A stretch of DNA of 49,038 bases. Origin: Candidatus Flemingiibacterium sp. (GTDB taxonomy: Bacteria > Bacillota > Clostridia > Oscillospirales > CAG-272). Numbering within the stretch: position 1 is the first letter of the stretch; each line of letters begins with the position of its first letter. The notes beneath the pieces are model-generated. The model had not been told where the DNA came from, ran no database searches, and saw nothing but the letters and a program-made list of their open reading frames with translations. Both the position numbers and the translations under genes were made by a program. Where the stretch lies: NCBI GenBank assembly GCA_045579105.1, contig JAZNLM010000004.1, forward strand, positions 1 to 49,038, in the 5' to 3' direction. Positions 17,187 to 28,008 of this stretch are shown here, one piece after another.

Positions 17187-18410
17187 ATGTTAAAAATAAT
17201 AGTTATCCTACTTTTGATACTAGGTTGTGCCTTTAAAACCGTACTTAATCTCGTAAAATCACGCAGCGCGAACAATCCAATACCCGGGAGTGTATCAGAC
17301 GTTTACGACTCTCAAACATACTTAAAATGGAAAAAATACAGTGAGGAGAACTGTAAGCTCAATACTGTATTCACGCTGATTTCGGGTGCCGCAACCCTCG
17401 CGCTTCTCTGCACGGATGCATACAGCGCATTTGCCGCGCTTTTCCCCGACGGCTTTTTTATGCAGCTTCTGGCTGTGGTCATTTTAGAAAGCGTTGTAAG
17501 CACGGTAATCGGAGTTTTTGAAAGCTATTTTTCGGTAATGGTAATCGAGCAGAAATACGGTTTTAACCGTACGAGCACAAAAACCTTCGTTATTGACAGA
17601 ATACGCTCCACCCTGCTCGGATTTGGTCTTACACTCGGACTTGTTTGCCTGTTGGCAGGATTGCACATCGCTATGGGCGATTACCTTATCATACTTTTCG
17701 CAGCTACACTCTTTGTCATCAGCCTATTCATCTCGTTCCTCTATCCCGTTTTCAGCCGTATGGGCAACAAGTTCACGCCCCTTGAAGACGGAGAACTCAA
17801 GGACCGCCTTATGGCGCTTCTCACAAAGCACGGCTACAAGGTGAAATCCATTTCCGTAATGGATGCGTCTCGCCGTACGACAAAGCTCAACGCATATTTC
17901 ACGGGATTTGGCAAAATGAAAACCATAGTACTCTATGACAATCTTGTAAACGCTATGGACACGGACGAAATATGCGCGGTATTTGCTCATGAGCTTGGAC
18001 ACGGTATACATAAGGACGTGCTCAAGATGCAGACGATGAACATATTCAATCTGCTTATCATGGCGGTGATTGCGTGGATATCAATTTCTGTAATCGGACT
18101 TCACAGCGCGTTCGGATTTGACGGTATAAACTACGGCTTTGCATACATACTTATGAGTATCGCGCTCGAAATAATCTCTCCCGTTACGGGAATGCTAATG
18201 AACTCATACAGCCGCCACGCGGAATACCGCGCCGACAAACAGGCATTCCTCGAAGGCTACGGTGCATCGCTCATCACCGCACTCAAAAAGCTCGCACGCG
18301 AGAATTTCGCGCACCTTGCTCCCTCAAAGCTCAACGTGGTCATGGAATACAGTCATCCCCCGCTTGCAAGCCGTATTGAGTCTATACAAGCTCAAGAAAA
18401 GAATAAGTAA
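17187..18410 (+). CDS. M48 family (Ste24-like) membrane zinc metalloprotease
   Basis: EQKYGFNR, NAYFTGFG, AHELGH, EYRAD, YSHPPL..RI; start at ATG 17187 after GGGGAG. Confidence 0.9.
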   Translation: MLKIIVILLLILGCAFKTVLNLVKSRSANNPIPGSVSDVYDSQTYLKWKKYSEENCKLNTVFTLISGAATLALLCTDAYSAFAALFPDGFFMQLLAVVILESVVSTVIGVFESYFSVMVIEQKYGFNRTSTKTFVIDRIRSTLLGFGLTLGLVCLLAGLHIAMGDYLIILFAATLFVISLFISFLYPVFSRMGNKFTPLEDGELKDRLMALLTKHGYKVKSISVMDASRRTTKLNAYFTGFGKMKTIVLYDNLVNAMDTDEICAVFAHELGHGIHKDVLKMQTMNIFNLLIMAVIAWISISVIGLHSAFGFDGINYGFAYILMSIALEIISPVTGMLMNSYSRHAEYRADKQAFLEGYGASLITALKKLARENFAHLAPSKLNVVMEYSHPPLASRIESIQAQEKNK

Positions 18411-18412
18411 TA

Positions 18413-18448
18413 AAAATCCCGACAGATTTAAAAATCTGTCGGGATTTT
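18413..18448. terminator. bidirectional intrinsic terminator
   Basis: 17-bp perfect inverted repeat aaaatcccgacagattt/aaatctgtcgggatttt. Confidence 0.85.
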
Positions 18449-18462
18449 GTATACGGATTATT

Positions 18463-19116
18463 TTATTCACCAATCAATTTTTTTGCCCACGCAAGCAGAA
18501 CTTCGGACATTTCGTTAAAATTAACTTCAGCGCCGTTTTTTAAGTTAGCATAAGTATTTATAATCTGAGCTTCCTCGGCGGAAACGATTTGCAATAGGTC
18601 TCTTTGCCGTCTTACATAGTTCCCTGTCTGCTTAAAGCAAATCGCTCGAACTACAAATGATGCTAATTTATAAAGGCCGGTCAGCATCTCCCCGCTTTTA
18701 CCATAAAGCATATTATGTACACAACTATGGTAAATATTGCACACGCCGATTTTAATTGTTCTGTCAACAGCGACGCTGTCAATCAGCGGTAACAGCTCAT
18801 CAAGACTTCCGCGTATCGGAATGGTATCATAGTAAAGCCAAAAAAGGTCAGACGGCTCCCAGCTCAAAATCTCGTCTTTGCCCGAGAAAAAACCGCAAAG
18901 AAATTCTCTGTGAGAAATCTTGTCAAGCACCAAATTATATTCTTTTATATCCAATACGGACAGTTTATCAAGTATCACCACAATATCAATATCGCTTGTT
19001 TCTGTGGCTTCTCCGCGCCCGTAACTTCCCTGCAAACCAACAAACCAAACGCGGTCTTTGAATTTTTCGTCCAGTGCGAAAAGGAACTCTTTTGTTAAAG
19101 CAGAAACATCTATCAT
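18463..19116 (-). CDS. nucleotidyltransferase domain protein (Pol beta superfamily)
   Basis: GLQGSYGRGEA..TSDIDIVV. Confidence 0.85.
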   Translation of the reverse strand: MIDVSALTKEFLFALDEKFKDRVWFVGLQGSYGRGEATETSDIDIVVILDKLSVLDIKEYNLVLDKISHREFLCGFFSGKDEILSWEPSDLFWLYYDTIPIRGSLDELLPLIDSVAVDRTIKIGVCNIYHSCVHNMLYGKSGEMLTGLYKLASFVVRAICFKQTGNYVRRQRDLLQIVSAEEAQIINTYANLKNGAEVNFNEMSEVLLAWAKKLIGE

Positions 19117-19392
19117 TTTTTCACCTCATCTTCACAAACCTTTTAATTTATTATACCACAAATTTAGTATAGAAATAACATCTTTGCCGATTTTTATTAC
19201 ATATAAATTATTTAGGCTTTTTGTGGGTAGTAACAAGTCCCTCATAGTTATTACTGTTTTTGAGGTTATTTGCATACAATTCAACCTTGGTCGGCTTAAC
19301 GATAGAAGTTGTTCACCGTAGTAGTTAAGGTTAAAGTGCGCATTGGTCGTCAACAATTGCTTTATGTATGCGCTGTAAATTTTCAAAAAAGG

Positions 19393-19421
19393 TTGCGTAC
19401 ATCAATACAATGATGTATAAT
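19393..19421 (+). promoter_or_regulatory. sigmaA promoter
   Basis: TTGCGT-N17-TATAAT. Confidence 0.5.
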
Positions 19422-19458
19422 AAATTTATACTATATCGTTGTTACCACGGAGGCATCA

Positions 19459-20124
19459 ATGAAGCTTTTAATTAACGCACTCACAAAATTTCTGTTTGGA
19501 TTACTGCTCGTCGGAATATTGTTGTTTCTTCCCGCGGGAACTTTTGCATACCCGAATGCGTGGCTTTTCATCGCGCTTTTATTTATTCCAATGCTATTGC
19601 TTGGTATAATTTTGCTCCTAAAATCCCCCGATCTTCTTAGAAAGCGACTCGATACCAAGGAAGAGGAAAGCACTCAAAAAGGTGTGGTCGCCGTTTCTGC
19701 ACTGCTCTTTATGGCAGGTTTTATAGTGGCAGGACTTGACTTTCGTTTTGGCTGGTCAAACGTTTCCATGTGCTTAGTAATAACCGCATCTGCTGTACTT
19801 ATAATCTCCTACGCACTTTACGCCGAAGTTATGCGTGAAAACGCATATCTTTCCCGTACTGTAAAGGTAGAAAAAGATCAAAAAATTGTCGACACAGGAC
19901 TTTACGGAATAGTCCGTCACCCGATGTACGCCGCGACTGTATGGCTGTTTCTCTCAATCCCTGTGGTTCTCGGATCGTGGTGGGCACTGCTCTGCTTTTT
20001 GCCGTACATCATTGCTATAGCTGTTCGGATAGTCAACGAAGAAAAAGTTCTCAAAACCGGTCTTGACGGCTATGAAGACTATAAAAAACGCGTAAAATAC
20101 CGCATTATTCCGTTTATATGGTGA
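19459..20124 (+). CDS. isoprenylcysteine carboxyl methyltransferase (ICMT/PEMT) family membrane protein
   Basis: TGLYGIVRHPMY, RIVNEEKVL, YKKRVKYR. Confidence 0.88.
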   Translation: MKLLINALTKFLFGLLLVGILLFLPAGTFAYPNAWLFIALLFIPMLLLGIILLLKSPDLLRKRLDTKEEESTQKGVVAVSALLFMAGFIVAGLDFRFGWSNVSMCLVITASAVLIISYALYAEVMRENAYLSRTVKVEKDQKIVDTGLYGIVRHPMYAATVWLFLSIPVVLGSWWALLCFLPYIIAIAVRIVNEEKVLKTGLDGYEDYKKRVKYRIIPFIW

Positions 20125-20155
20125 ACCATATATATAACAATAAAGGAGAAAAAAT

Positions 20156-20698
20156 ATGTCTGAATTACTTTCATCAATTCATCCTATCGCGGTGTGCCTT
20201 ATTGTATGTGCCGCGAAGATAGTCGAGATAACCATTCAATCGCTTAAAACTTGTATGATGGTAAAGGGGCAACGTCTCAAAGCGGCCATGCTCGGCTTTA
20301 CTGAGTGCGCAATATGGGGACTTGTGATCTCAACTATTATCGGTACCCTTGGCGACAATCTGTTTCTGCTCGCATTCTACTGTGTAGGATATGCAACCGG
20401 TCTTTTCCTCGGCTCGACGCTTGAAGGTAAAATTGCACTTGGCACGTCAAATCTTCAACTTATTGCCAACGATGAAAACACAAAAAAGATAATATCCTAT
20501 TTAAGCGAAAATAATCGTGGCTACACCGTTTTGGACGGCTATGGATCCACTGATAAAGTGAATATGATTCTGATAATTCTTGCACGGCGTGAAGCGGCTA
20601 AAGTACTCAAAGAAATCCGAAAGCTTTGTGACAATAATGTATTCGTAGTAGCCTCTGAGGTGAGCAAATATGCCGGCGGTTACGGAATGGTGAAATAA
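20156..20698 (+). CDS. UPF0316/DUF5698-DUF2179 family membrane protein
   Basis: GFTECAIW, YCVGYATG..LG..LE.KIALG, GYTV.DGYG. Confidence 0.8.
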   Translation: MSELLSSIHPIAVCLIVCAAKIVEITIQSLKTCMMVKGQRLKAAMLGFTECAIWGLVISTIIGTLGDNLFLLAFYCVGYATGLFLGSTLEGKIALGTSNLQLIANDENTKKIISYLSENNRGYTVLDGYGSTDKVNMILIILARREAAKVLKEIRKLCDNNVFVVASEVSKYAGGYGMVK

Positions 20699-20962
20699 TG
20701 CAAGACAAAGATAAATCAATCCTTATAAGTTGAAGCAAGACACATCCCACACCAAAAAACAGCTAAAAAAGCTTCGTGAATACTTAAAAAACGAAATCCC
20801 AAATTCGCATATTCAATCAATCGCAATCCACTTCTACTCATTCTAAATACACTACCGAAGCAAGTTCAACTTTAGCTACTAAGGACGGTACTGAGGTAGA
20901 AATAAACTTCACTTTCTGGAGATAAAATACATCAGATAAGATATCAGTCTATTATCATATCA

Positions 20963-21187
20963 ATCAGTGCGACCGTTTACAAAGTACTAAACACACACAC
21001 TCGGGTACTCAAAGACGATGGCGGTATCACGCTATGCATTGAGATATCACAGCTCCCATTTCCTGACCGTGTAAGTGATGTAGATGATGCTATTCTTAAT
21101 TTCCCAGGATTCACCATGGGATACGGAATATATCTGCTTACAAGACACCTACATAGTCTATATTGTCATAAAAAGCAACGTCTTTAA
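20963..21187 (+). pseudogene. VanZ-like family C-terminal remnant
   Basis: LCIEISQLPFPDRVSDVDDAILN..GFTMGYGIYLL with no intact N-terminus. Confidence 0.6.
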
Positions 21188-21212
21188 AACAAACACTGAC
21201 CTATGATTTATT

Positions 21213-21258
21213 AAAATAATCCGAATCAACATACTCGAGATTGATTCGGATTATTTTT
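21213..21258. terminator. bidirectional intrinsic terminator
   Basis: aaaataatccgaatcaa...ttgattcggattatttt. Confidence 0.8.
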
Positions 21259-21277
21259 ACTTTTTCACCTTAACAGT

Positions 21278-21805
21278 TCATATGCCATAAGTCCCCATCA
21301 ACGGATCTCTGAAAATGCCGATTTCTGGCGTAACAAAGGTAAATACAACAAACATCAGTGCTATTATGGATAATAGTGCGATAGCTGCCTTCGGCGATTT
21401 ACAGCGTATTTCCCCAGAATTAAAAAGGCGGGTTTCATAAATGTATGAAACAGCGGCAGAAATAAAGAAAATGGCTATATTGAGCCAATCCGGCGACTTT
21501 CCGATTACACCGTTATAAGTGTAGAAAATTATAGGGATTAGAATAAGTCCAAGAAGAATTCCACGAAGCTTGACGCACCAAAAATCCCCTCGGTCCTTGA
21601 AAAAGAAGCTCTGTATGATAGCATAAATGAATATCGGCCAAAAAAGTAGCTTCATGTGCTCCCAAGTGGATTCATTCACGCCCGAAAATGGTGCTATCCA
21701 CTTAGCCTCTCCCAGCCAATCATACAGAAAATGCAATAGCGTGCCCCCTAACGAAGTCACCGCAAATCCGAAAAATCCCCAAAGTCCGAAAGATTGTTTC
21801 ATCAT
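21278..21805 (-). CDS. DUF6512-like membrane protein
   Basis: GTLLHFLYDW, VNESTWEHMKLLFWP, FYTYNG, FRDP. Confidence 0.8.
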   Translation of the reverse strand: MMKQSFGLWGFFGFAVTSLGGTLLHFLYDWLGEAKWIAPFSGVNESTWEHMKLLFWPIFIYAIIQSFFFKDRGDFWCVKLRGILLGLILIPIIFYTYNGVIGKSPDWLNIAIFFISAAVSYIYETRLFNSGEIRCKSPKAAIALLSIIALMFVVFTFVTPEIGIFRDPLMGTYGI

Positions 21806-21990
21806 TTTCCCCTCGTAAGTTCATTAGTAAATCAGTGTATGCACAAGAAGTACAATTTATACCGACAAGGTAAACACATAATTCACTTTTAATGTGAAAC
21901 CATTGCTATTTAAGCATATTCATGCTATAATATCTTATAGGTATTCTGTACAGTTTTGAATTACGATTAAATTTTCAACAAGGAAGCATT

Positions 21991-22578
21991 ATGAAAAAAC
22001 TCTTGATAACCGGATTTGAACCATTTGACGGTGAACAGATAAATCCTTCTTGGGAAGCATTATTTCACTTACCAACACAGATAAACGAATATTCCTTAAC
22101 CAAGCTTCTTATACCGGTAGTATTCGGCGAAGCCGCACAAAAGGTAATAGCTGCCTGCGAGGATATTTGCCCTGATGTTATACTTTGCATCGGTCAGGCC
22201 GGTGGAAGAGCCGCCCTAACCCCCGAACTTGTGGCAATAAACCTTCGTCACTCTTCAATCCCTGACAATAGTGGGTATCAACCAAAGGACCAGCCGATTG
22301 TTGAGAACGGTGTGACTGCATACTTTTCCACTTTGCCGGTGCGAAAGATTGCAGAGGCTGTAAATTCATCCGGTATACCCTCACAGGTATCGTATTCCGC
22401 AGGCGCGTACGTTTGCAACGATGTATTATATACCCTGCTTGCATACTTTCAAAACAGTCAAACAAGAGTCGGATTCATTCATATTCCGTATTCCAAAGAG
22501 CAAAATAAACAGCCCTTTATGGATATAAACGATATCGTTAAAGGGCTGATAACAGCTATTGAAAATATTGATAGCTAA
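21991..22578 (+). CDS. pcp: pyroglutamyl-peptidase I
   Basis: TGFEPF, GQAGGR..TPE, SAGAYVCN, GFIHIP. Confidence 0.93.
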   Translation: MKKLLITGFEPFDGEQINPSWEALFHLPTQINEYSLTKLLIPVVFGEAAQKVIAACEDICPDVILCIGQAGGRAALTPELVAINLRHSSIPDNSGYQPKDQPIVENGVTAYFSTLPVRKIAEAVNSSGIPSQVSYSAGAYVCNDVLYTLLAYFQNSQTRVGFIHIPYSKEQNKQPFMDINDIVKGLITAIENIDS

Positions 22579-22737
22579 CAAAGGATACGTAGCGTGAAAT
22601 TTCATTTTGCCATTGCTTTAGATTGGCTGTTACACACCAAATTCAAATTAAAAATGATTCTCAAACCAATTTTAATCTGAACTTAATTTATTTTTGTGCC
22701 GTCATATAGCGGCGCATGGAGAATACAAGAGGCTAAT

Positions 22738-23487
22738 ATGAATCCCTACCTTAAAAGCCTGAACAAAATTGAGTTTGTCATAACCTACGCCTGCACGGGA
22801 CAGTGTAAGCACTGCTCCGAGGGCAATCACACCTTTTACGGAGAACGAATTCACCCCGATATTGCTGCAGATGCGGTACGCAAAATAGCGTCGGAATACG
22901 ATATCAAAACTGTAATGGCGTTCGGCGGCGAACCGCTTTTGTATACAGATGCGGTCTATGCTATTATTGCTGCGGCTAAAGAGTTGAATATCCCGAAGCG
23001 TCAAGTTATAACCAACGGCTATTTTTCAAAAAACACCGATACAATCCGCACAGTTGCACAGCGACTTGCGGAATGCGGTACAAACTATATTTTGCTGTCG
23101 GTAGACGCCTTTCATCAGGAGACGATTCCGCTCGACACAGTAACGATATTCGCCCACGAGATCAAGAAATGCCACATCCCGATACGCCTTCAGCCTGCGT
23201 GGCTTGTGAGTGCAGCTGACGATAACCCATACAATCGAAAAACGCGCGAAATTGTCGATAGCTTTGCCGATATAGGAATCATCGAAAACAAGGGAAACAT
23301 TATTTTTCCTGAAGGAAATGCGCAAAAATATCTCACAGAGTATTTCTCAGATGAGCTCCCCGAGAATCCGTATGTAGAAGATGCGAGCGATGTGAGATGC
23401 GTGTCCTTTTTACCGAACGGAGATGTTCTGGGCGGAAATATTTATCAGCGCGACATTATGGAAATTATAAAAAATTACTCTCCGTAA
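22738..23487 (+). CDS. radical SAM protein
   Basis: CTGQCKHC, FGGEP, ITNG, SVDAFHQ; start ATG 22738 after GAGG. Confidence 0.85.
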   Translation: MNPYLKSLNKIEFVITYACTGQCKHCSEGNHTFYGERIHPDIAADAVRKIASEYDIKTVMAFGGEPLLYTDAVYAIIAAAKELNIPKRQVITNGYFSKNTDTIRTVAQRLAECGTNYILLSVDAFHQETIPLDTVTIFAHEIKKCHIPIRLQPAWLVSAADDNPYNRKTREIVDSFADIGIIENKGNIIFPEGNAQKYLTEYFSDELPENPYVEDASDVRCVSFLPNGDVLGGNIYQRDIMEIIKNYSP

Positions 23488-23493
23488 AGGAGA

Positions 23494-23907
23494 ATGGATA
23501 TGACCAACAAAGAAATTTTGAAAATGGCTATAGAGCAGTCAGCTATTGATACCGGTGCCAATGCGAGTGATTTCAGGAAAAGCAAAAACGTAGTTGTGCT
23601 CTCGAGGATGAGCCAGGGCGCAAGACGGTATCTTAAACTGCTCTTTTCCTGTCAGCTCGTGTCTTACGGTAACAACGTCGTAGCATCGGTATCGCCCAAA
23701 TATCGAGGACAAGGTATTGCCTCGGCCCTTACACCCCGCCTTGCCGTTGAAATTTTAAATCGCGTCAAAGTGCCGTTTTACTGCGCCGCTTGGTGCAACA
23801 TAAAATCTGTTCGTAACGCAATAAAAAGCGGTTTTTGTCTCGCGTGGGTGGAACTTACAGCGAAGTCTTGCAAAACGGTAGATGAGATGAATCAAATAAA
23901 TGCGTAA
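23494..23907 (+). pseudogene. GNAT acetyltransferase with probable internal deletion
   Basis: N-terminal EQSAID..SYGNNVVASV joined directly to YRGQGIASAL..VPFYC..N..S; motif A strand missing. Confidence 0.6.
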
Positions 23908-23928
23908 AGCACCACATAGAGGATAAAA

Positions 23929-24444
23929 ATGATTATTTTAATTACCGGTGCATCCCACACGGGAAAAACAGTATTCGCGCAAAAACTACTCGAAAAATAC
24001 AAATATCCGTATATCTCGATAGATCACTTAAAAATGGGACTCATCCGAAGCGGGAATACTAGGATCACAGCTATGAGCGATGATAACGACATAACTGCAT
24101 ACCTATGGCCGATCGTGCGCTAAATCATCAAGACCGCCATTGAAAACAAGCAAAGTTTGATTGTCGAGGGATGTTATATACCATTCGATTGGGCAAACGA
24201 TTTTGATGCAGAATATCTTGAAAATATCCGCTACTATTGCCTTGTAATGAGCGAAGAGTACATAAAAAATCATTTTCTCGATATCAAAAAATATGCAAAT
24301 ATTATCGAAGATCGTTTGGACGATGAATGTTGCACACTTGAAAGTGTACTTGAGGATAACGCAAATATCCTACGTCTTGCAAAGAAGCACAATGCCAATT
24401 ATGTGCTGATTGAGGATAAGTATCAACTTGACATGGATTTGTAA
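23929..24444 (+). pseudogene. P-loop kinase (adenylate-kinase-like) split by in-frame stop
   Basis: GASHTGKT, SIDHLKMG; WPIVR-TAA(24121-24123)-IIKTAIENKQSLIVEGCY continues in the same frame. Confidence 0.75.
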
Positions 24445-24464
24445 AAACAGAACGGGGGAAACCA

Positions 24465-25004
24465 ATGATATTTGAAACAAACCGCCTTGTTCTCCGCCCG
24501 TGGCGAGAGGATGATGCAGAGGATTTATATAAATATGCGAGCAATCCTGATATAGGACCGCCTGCTGGTTGGCCGCCTCACACGAGCGTGGAAAACAGCC
24601 GCGAGATTATACGCACAGTGCTTTCCTCACCCGAAACTTATGCCGTTTGCCTCAAGGGGACGGATAAACCTATCGGCAGTGTCGGACTTCACCGCAACGA
24701 TCTTGCGGAACGTGACGATGAATACGAGCTTGGCTATTGGATAGGCAAGCCATTCTGGGGACAAGGACTCATTCCAGAAGCCTCGCGTGAACTATTACGA
24801 TATGCTTTTGAAGAACTCGGTATGGCGCGCATTTGGTGCGGTCATTACCACGGAAACATTAAAAGTCGGCGAGTTCAAGACAAATTAGGATTTGTCTATC
24901 ATCATACAACTGATGGTATAGAGATAAAACTTCTAGGCGAAATCCGTACAGGTCATGTTATGCTGATGACGAGAGAAGATTGGGAGAAAAACAAGACATT
25001 ATGA
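24465..25004 (+). CDS. RimJ/RimL-type GNAT acetyltransferase
   Basis: [36 protein letters not shown]. Confidence 0.9.
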   Translation: MIFETNRLVLRPWREDDAEDLYKYASNPDIGPPAGWPPHTSVENSREIIRTVLSSPETYAVCLKGTDKPIGSVGLHRNDLAERDDEYELGYWIGKPFWGQGLIPEASRELLRYAFEELGMARIWCGHYHGNIKSRRVQDKLGFVYHHTTDGIEIKLLGEIRTGHVMLMTREDWEKNKTL

Positions 25005-25426
25005 TCAAAGAACTTATTCACGACCCTATTTTCCTCGAGGGGAAGTCGGAGATCGCAACAAAAGAAGATTTGCAAGTTGCCAAAGACTTACTCGATACAC
25101 TTATCGCGTACAAAGATAGCTGTGTTGGTATGGCGGCAAATATGATTGGCGTAAAAAAGCGTATTATCGCATTTTTAGATGAAAACGGAAAATCACCGAT
25201 TTACACCGTTATGCTCAACCCACAAATTATAAAGAAAGACGGTGCGTACGATACCGAAGAAGGCTGTCTTTCCCTACTAGGCAGTCCTCGTCCTTGCAGG
25301 CGGTATAAATCAATAAAGGTACAGTATCAGACCGCTGAAATGCAGACGCGTGTCAAGACCTACACAGATTTTACAGCACAGATAATTCAGCACGAGGTGG
25401 ACCATTTGGACGGGGTTTTAATATAA
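25001..25426 (+). CDS. def: peptide deformylase
   Basis: [24 protein letters not shown]. Confidence 0.9.
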   Translation: MIKELIHDPIFLEGKSEIATKEDLQVAKDLLDTLIAYKDSCVGMAANMIGVKKRIIAFLDENGKSPIYTVMLNPQIIKKDGAYDTEEGCLSLLGSPRPCRRYKSIKVQYQTAEMQTRVKTYTDFTAQIIQHEVDHLDGVLI

Positions 25427-25468
25427 TATATAACTAAAAACAACCCATTCTGCATATCTATAGTAAAT

Positions 25469-25509
25469 AAAACAGCTCCGAGCATCAAGTTCGGAGCTGT
25501 TCTGTTTTT
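25469..25509. terminator. bidirectional intrinsic terminator
   Basis: aacagctccga...tcggagctgtt between convergent genes. Confidence 0.75.
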
Positions 25510-26641
25510 ATTCAGAAAGAATCTTACAAACCTTTTCGAGGTTTTCACGAATCTTGAGATGCTGTGGGCACTTGCTCTCGCAAAGACCGCACTGCTTGCA
25601 ATCCGCAAAGGTCTTGCCTTCCTTCTCAATATAGTTACGCATCATTTTTTTTGCGTGGTCCTTGAGTCCATATACGTTGTAATGTGTCCACATTCCAAAA
25701 ATACGTGGAATGTCTATGTCAGAAGGACAAGGTTGGCAGTACTTACAGCCAGTGCAGTAGAGCTCAGAAAACTTCTTAAGCTCTTCAAGCGCCGCGCCAA
25801 GCTGTTCCCATTCTGCCTCGGAGAATGTCGTTTCGTCTGAGGCAATGGCAATGTTTTTCTGCACCATATCTAAATTCTGCATACCGGACAAAGCGCAATT
25901 AAGATGAGGATTACCAAGACAGAACTTGAACGCCATTTCGTAAGTTGCAATCGCAGGCTTGCCGGTCAATTTTGTGTAAAGATCCGTGGGCGCCGCAAGA
26001 CGTCCGCCGCCCACAGGTCCCATTGCAACGGTGCCAATACCTTTTTCATTTACGTATTTGATCATTTCTTCATTGGAGCGGTCAAGAAGATTATATTGGC
26101 AGAGCATCGACTCCATCTTCACGCCGCGTGCTTCGGCTGTGTCAACGATATGCTTGATTGCAGAAGGCTCATCGTGGAACGAAAAAGATATGTGGCGAAT
26201 CAATCCTTCCTCTTTGCATTTTGCAGCTGTTTCAAGCAGTCCCTCGGGAAGCATGATGTTATCGAAAGATCCTCGATTGATACCCCAGAAGTGGTAGAAA
26301 TCAATGTAGTCGATGCCAAGTCGCGTCAAACTTCTCTCAAGATTAGCGCGATAACCGTCCGCATCCAATCCCTTTCCGAGTGAACATTTAGTGGAAATGA
26401 GAATTTTATCTCTAAAATCTTTAACTGCGTGTCCAAGTGCCGCTTCGCTGTTGGAGTTGCAGTAAATGGGCGCGGTATCGAAATAGTTTACGCCGTTTTT
26501 GTAGGCGTAAGCAATCATTTCGTCTACTTTTTCCTGATCAACGAAATTTTTTTCTCCCTCTTTATATTCCGGAAATCGCATACAGCCAAAGCCGAGTGCG
26601 GATATCTTTTCGCCGGTACTGCCAAAATCACGGTAATTCAT
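25508..26641 (-). CDS. aldo/keto reductase with C-terminal 4Fe-4S dicluster
   Basis: LGFGCMRFP, NYFDTAPIY, SFSFHD, CTGCKYCQPC, CKQCGLCESKC; start ATG 26641 after AGAAAGGA. Confidence 0.9.
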   Translation of the reverse strand: MNYRDFGSTGEKISALGFGCMRFPEYKEGEKNFVDQEKVDEMIAYAYKNGVNYFDTAPIYCNSNSEAALGHAVKDFRDKILISTKCSLGKGLDADGYRANLERSLTRLGIDYIDFYHFWGINRGSFDNIMLPEGLLETAAKCKEEGLIRHISFSFHDEPSAIKHIVDTAEARGVKMESMLCQYNLLDRSNEEMIKYVNEKGIGTVAMGPVGGGRLAAPTDLYTKLTGKPAIATYEMAFKFCLGNPHLNCALSGMQNLDMVQKNIAIASDETTFSEAEWEQLGAALEELKKFSELYCTGCKYCQPCPSDIDIPRIFGMWTHYNVYGLKDHAKKMMRNYIEKEGKTFADCKQCGLCESKCPQHLKIRENLEKVCKILSE

Positions 26642-26892
26642 ACTATGTCCTTTCTGCATTGATAAAATGGTTTGTTTATTGATATTATACCATATGGTTT
26701 GTAAATTTTCAAGACATTTCAAAAAACGTTTGAATGGTTACCAATATTTGCACCAAAGCAGAAAATGGGAATTTTATTGTTCAAATAAGTAAATCACACC
26801 AAGATCAGCAGATACAAAGCTCTTGATTTGCTCACGACTTTATGATATAATAAAGGCGTGTTAAAACCAAGTGACAGTAAAGGGAGTCTTTT

Positions 26893-27816
26893 ATGAATAT
26901 ACTTCACATGAAATACGCGGTTGAGGTTGCAAGACTTGGATCTCTTAATAAAGCCGCAGAAACACTTCTTATTGCCCAGCCAAATATCAGCCGTTATATA
27001 AAGGAACTCGAAGCAGATCTCGGCATTACTATTTTTAATCGAAGTGCCAAAGGTATGGAATTGACGCCTGAAGGAATTGAGTTTATAGGCTATGCACAGA
27101 GTATATTGAAGCAAATCAATGATGTAGAAAAACTTTATAAGCACAGTTCACCAAAAAAGCAGAAATTTTCCATTTCTGTCCCCCGTGCATCATATATTTC
27201 CGATGCCTTTGCCGAGTTTTCGAAGTGTCTTAGTGACGATCCGTCAGAAATATTCTACAAAGAAACAAATTCCGAACGAACTATTAATAATGTTCTGCAC
27301 AATGACTATAAGCTTGGAATTATTCGTTATGCTGAAAATTACGATAAATTTTTCAAGGAAATGCTTGAAGAAAAAGAGCTTGAATATGAAATGATCTCGG
27401 AATTCAGTTACATTCTCATTATGAACCGTGACAATCCGCTTGCAGACAAAGAAACGATCACATTTGAAGATCTTACCCAATACATAGAGATTGCTCATGC
27501 CGATCCTTATGTCCCGTCAATGCCCCTTTCCAAGGTTGTCAAAGAAGAACTACCAGATAATATTGAGCGCCGTATATTTATTTTTGAACGAGCCAGCCAA
27601 TTTGATCTTCTTGCCGAAAATTCGGATACATTTATGTGGGTGTCACCTGTACCGCAAAAAATTCTCGACAGATACGGTCTTGTACAGCGAAAATGTGTGG
27701 ATAATATAAGAAATTACAAAGACGTTCTCATATACCGAAAAGGTTATAAGCTTACAGCTCTTGACAAGCAATTTATCACCGAGCTTTGCGAGGCGAAGAG
27801 AAAATACGTTAAATGA
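26893..27816 (+). CDS. LysR family transcriptional regulator
   Basis: GSLNKAAETL.IAQPNIS..IKELE.DLG..IFNRS..G..LT.EG. Confidence 0.92.
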   Translation: MNILHMKYAVEVARLGSLNKAAETLLIAQPNISRYIKELEADLGITIFNRSAKGMELTPEGIEFIGYAQSILKQINDVEKLYKHSSPKKQKFSISVPRASYISDAFAEFSKCLSDDPSEIFYKETNSERTINNVLHNDYKLGIIRYAENYDKFFKEMLEEKELEYEMISEFSYILIMNRDNPLADKETITFEDLTQYIEIAHADPYVPSMPLSKVVKEELPDNIERRIFIFERASQFDLLAENSDTFMWVSPVPQKILDRYGLVQRKCVDNIRNYKDVLIYRKGYKLTALDKQFITELCEAKRKYVK

Positions 27817-27823
27817 TGATACC

Positions 27824-27864
27824 TAACTAAAAGGTCGTTTCGATAAGAAACGACCTTTTAGTTA
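27824..27864 (+). terminator. intrinsic terminator after LysR
   Basis: taactaaaaggtcgtttc...gaaacgaccttttagtta. Confidence 0.8.
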
Positions 27865-27893
27865 AAAACTTGACAAAAATAACAGAGCAAATA

Positions 27894-27922
27894 TTGACTT
27901 GATGTAAAATGTGTGATATAAT
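27894..27922 (+). promoter_or_regulatory. sigmaA promoter
   Basis: TTGACT-N17-TATAAT with TG extension. Confidence 0.7.
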
Positions 27923-28008
27923 TTACTTTGAAAGATTTGTATGGAGCACTTCTATGATATTACAACCACCCTGCAGTTACTTAAAAGACTTAAAAACACA
28001 TACCGCTA

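Noticed and set aside
18463-19116. Nucleotidyltransferase as an MNT-HEPN toxin-antitoxin or CBASS component
   Set aside because: No adjacent HEPN or effector gene; appears standalone.
19132-19386. 84-aa minus-strand ORF between nucleotidyltransferase and ICMT genes
   Set aside because: No motif or RBS and it runs through the likely promoter of the downstream gene; at most a degraded remnant.
22738-23487. Radical SAM as the RiPP maturase partnering the PqqD protein
   Set aside because: Lies 12 kb away among unrelated housekeeping genes, is short, and has no complete SPASM domain or adjacent precursor.
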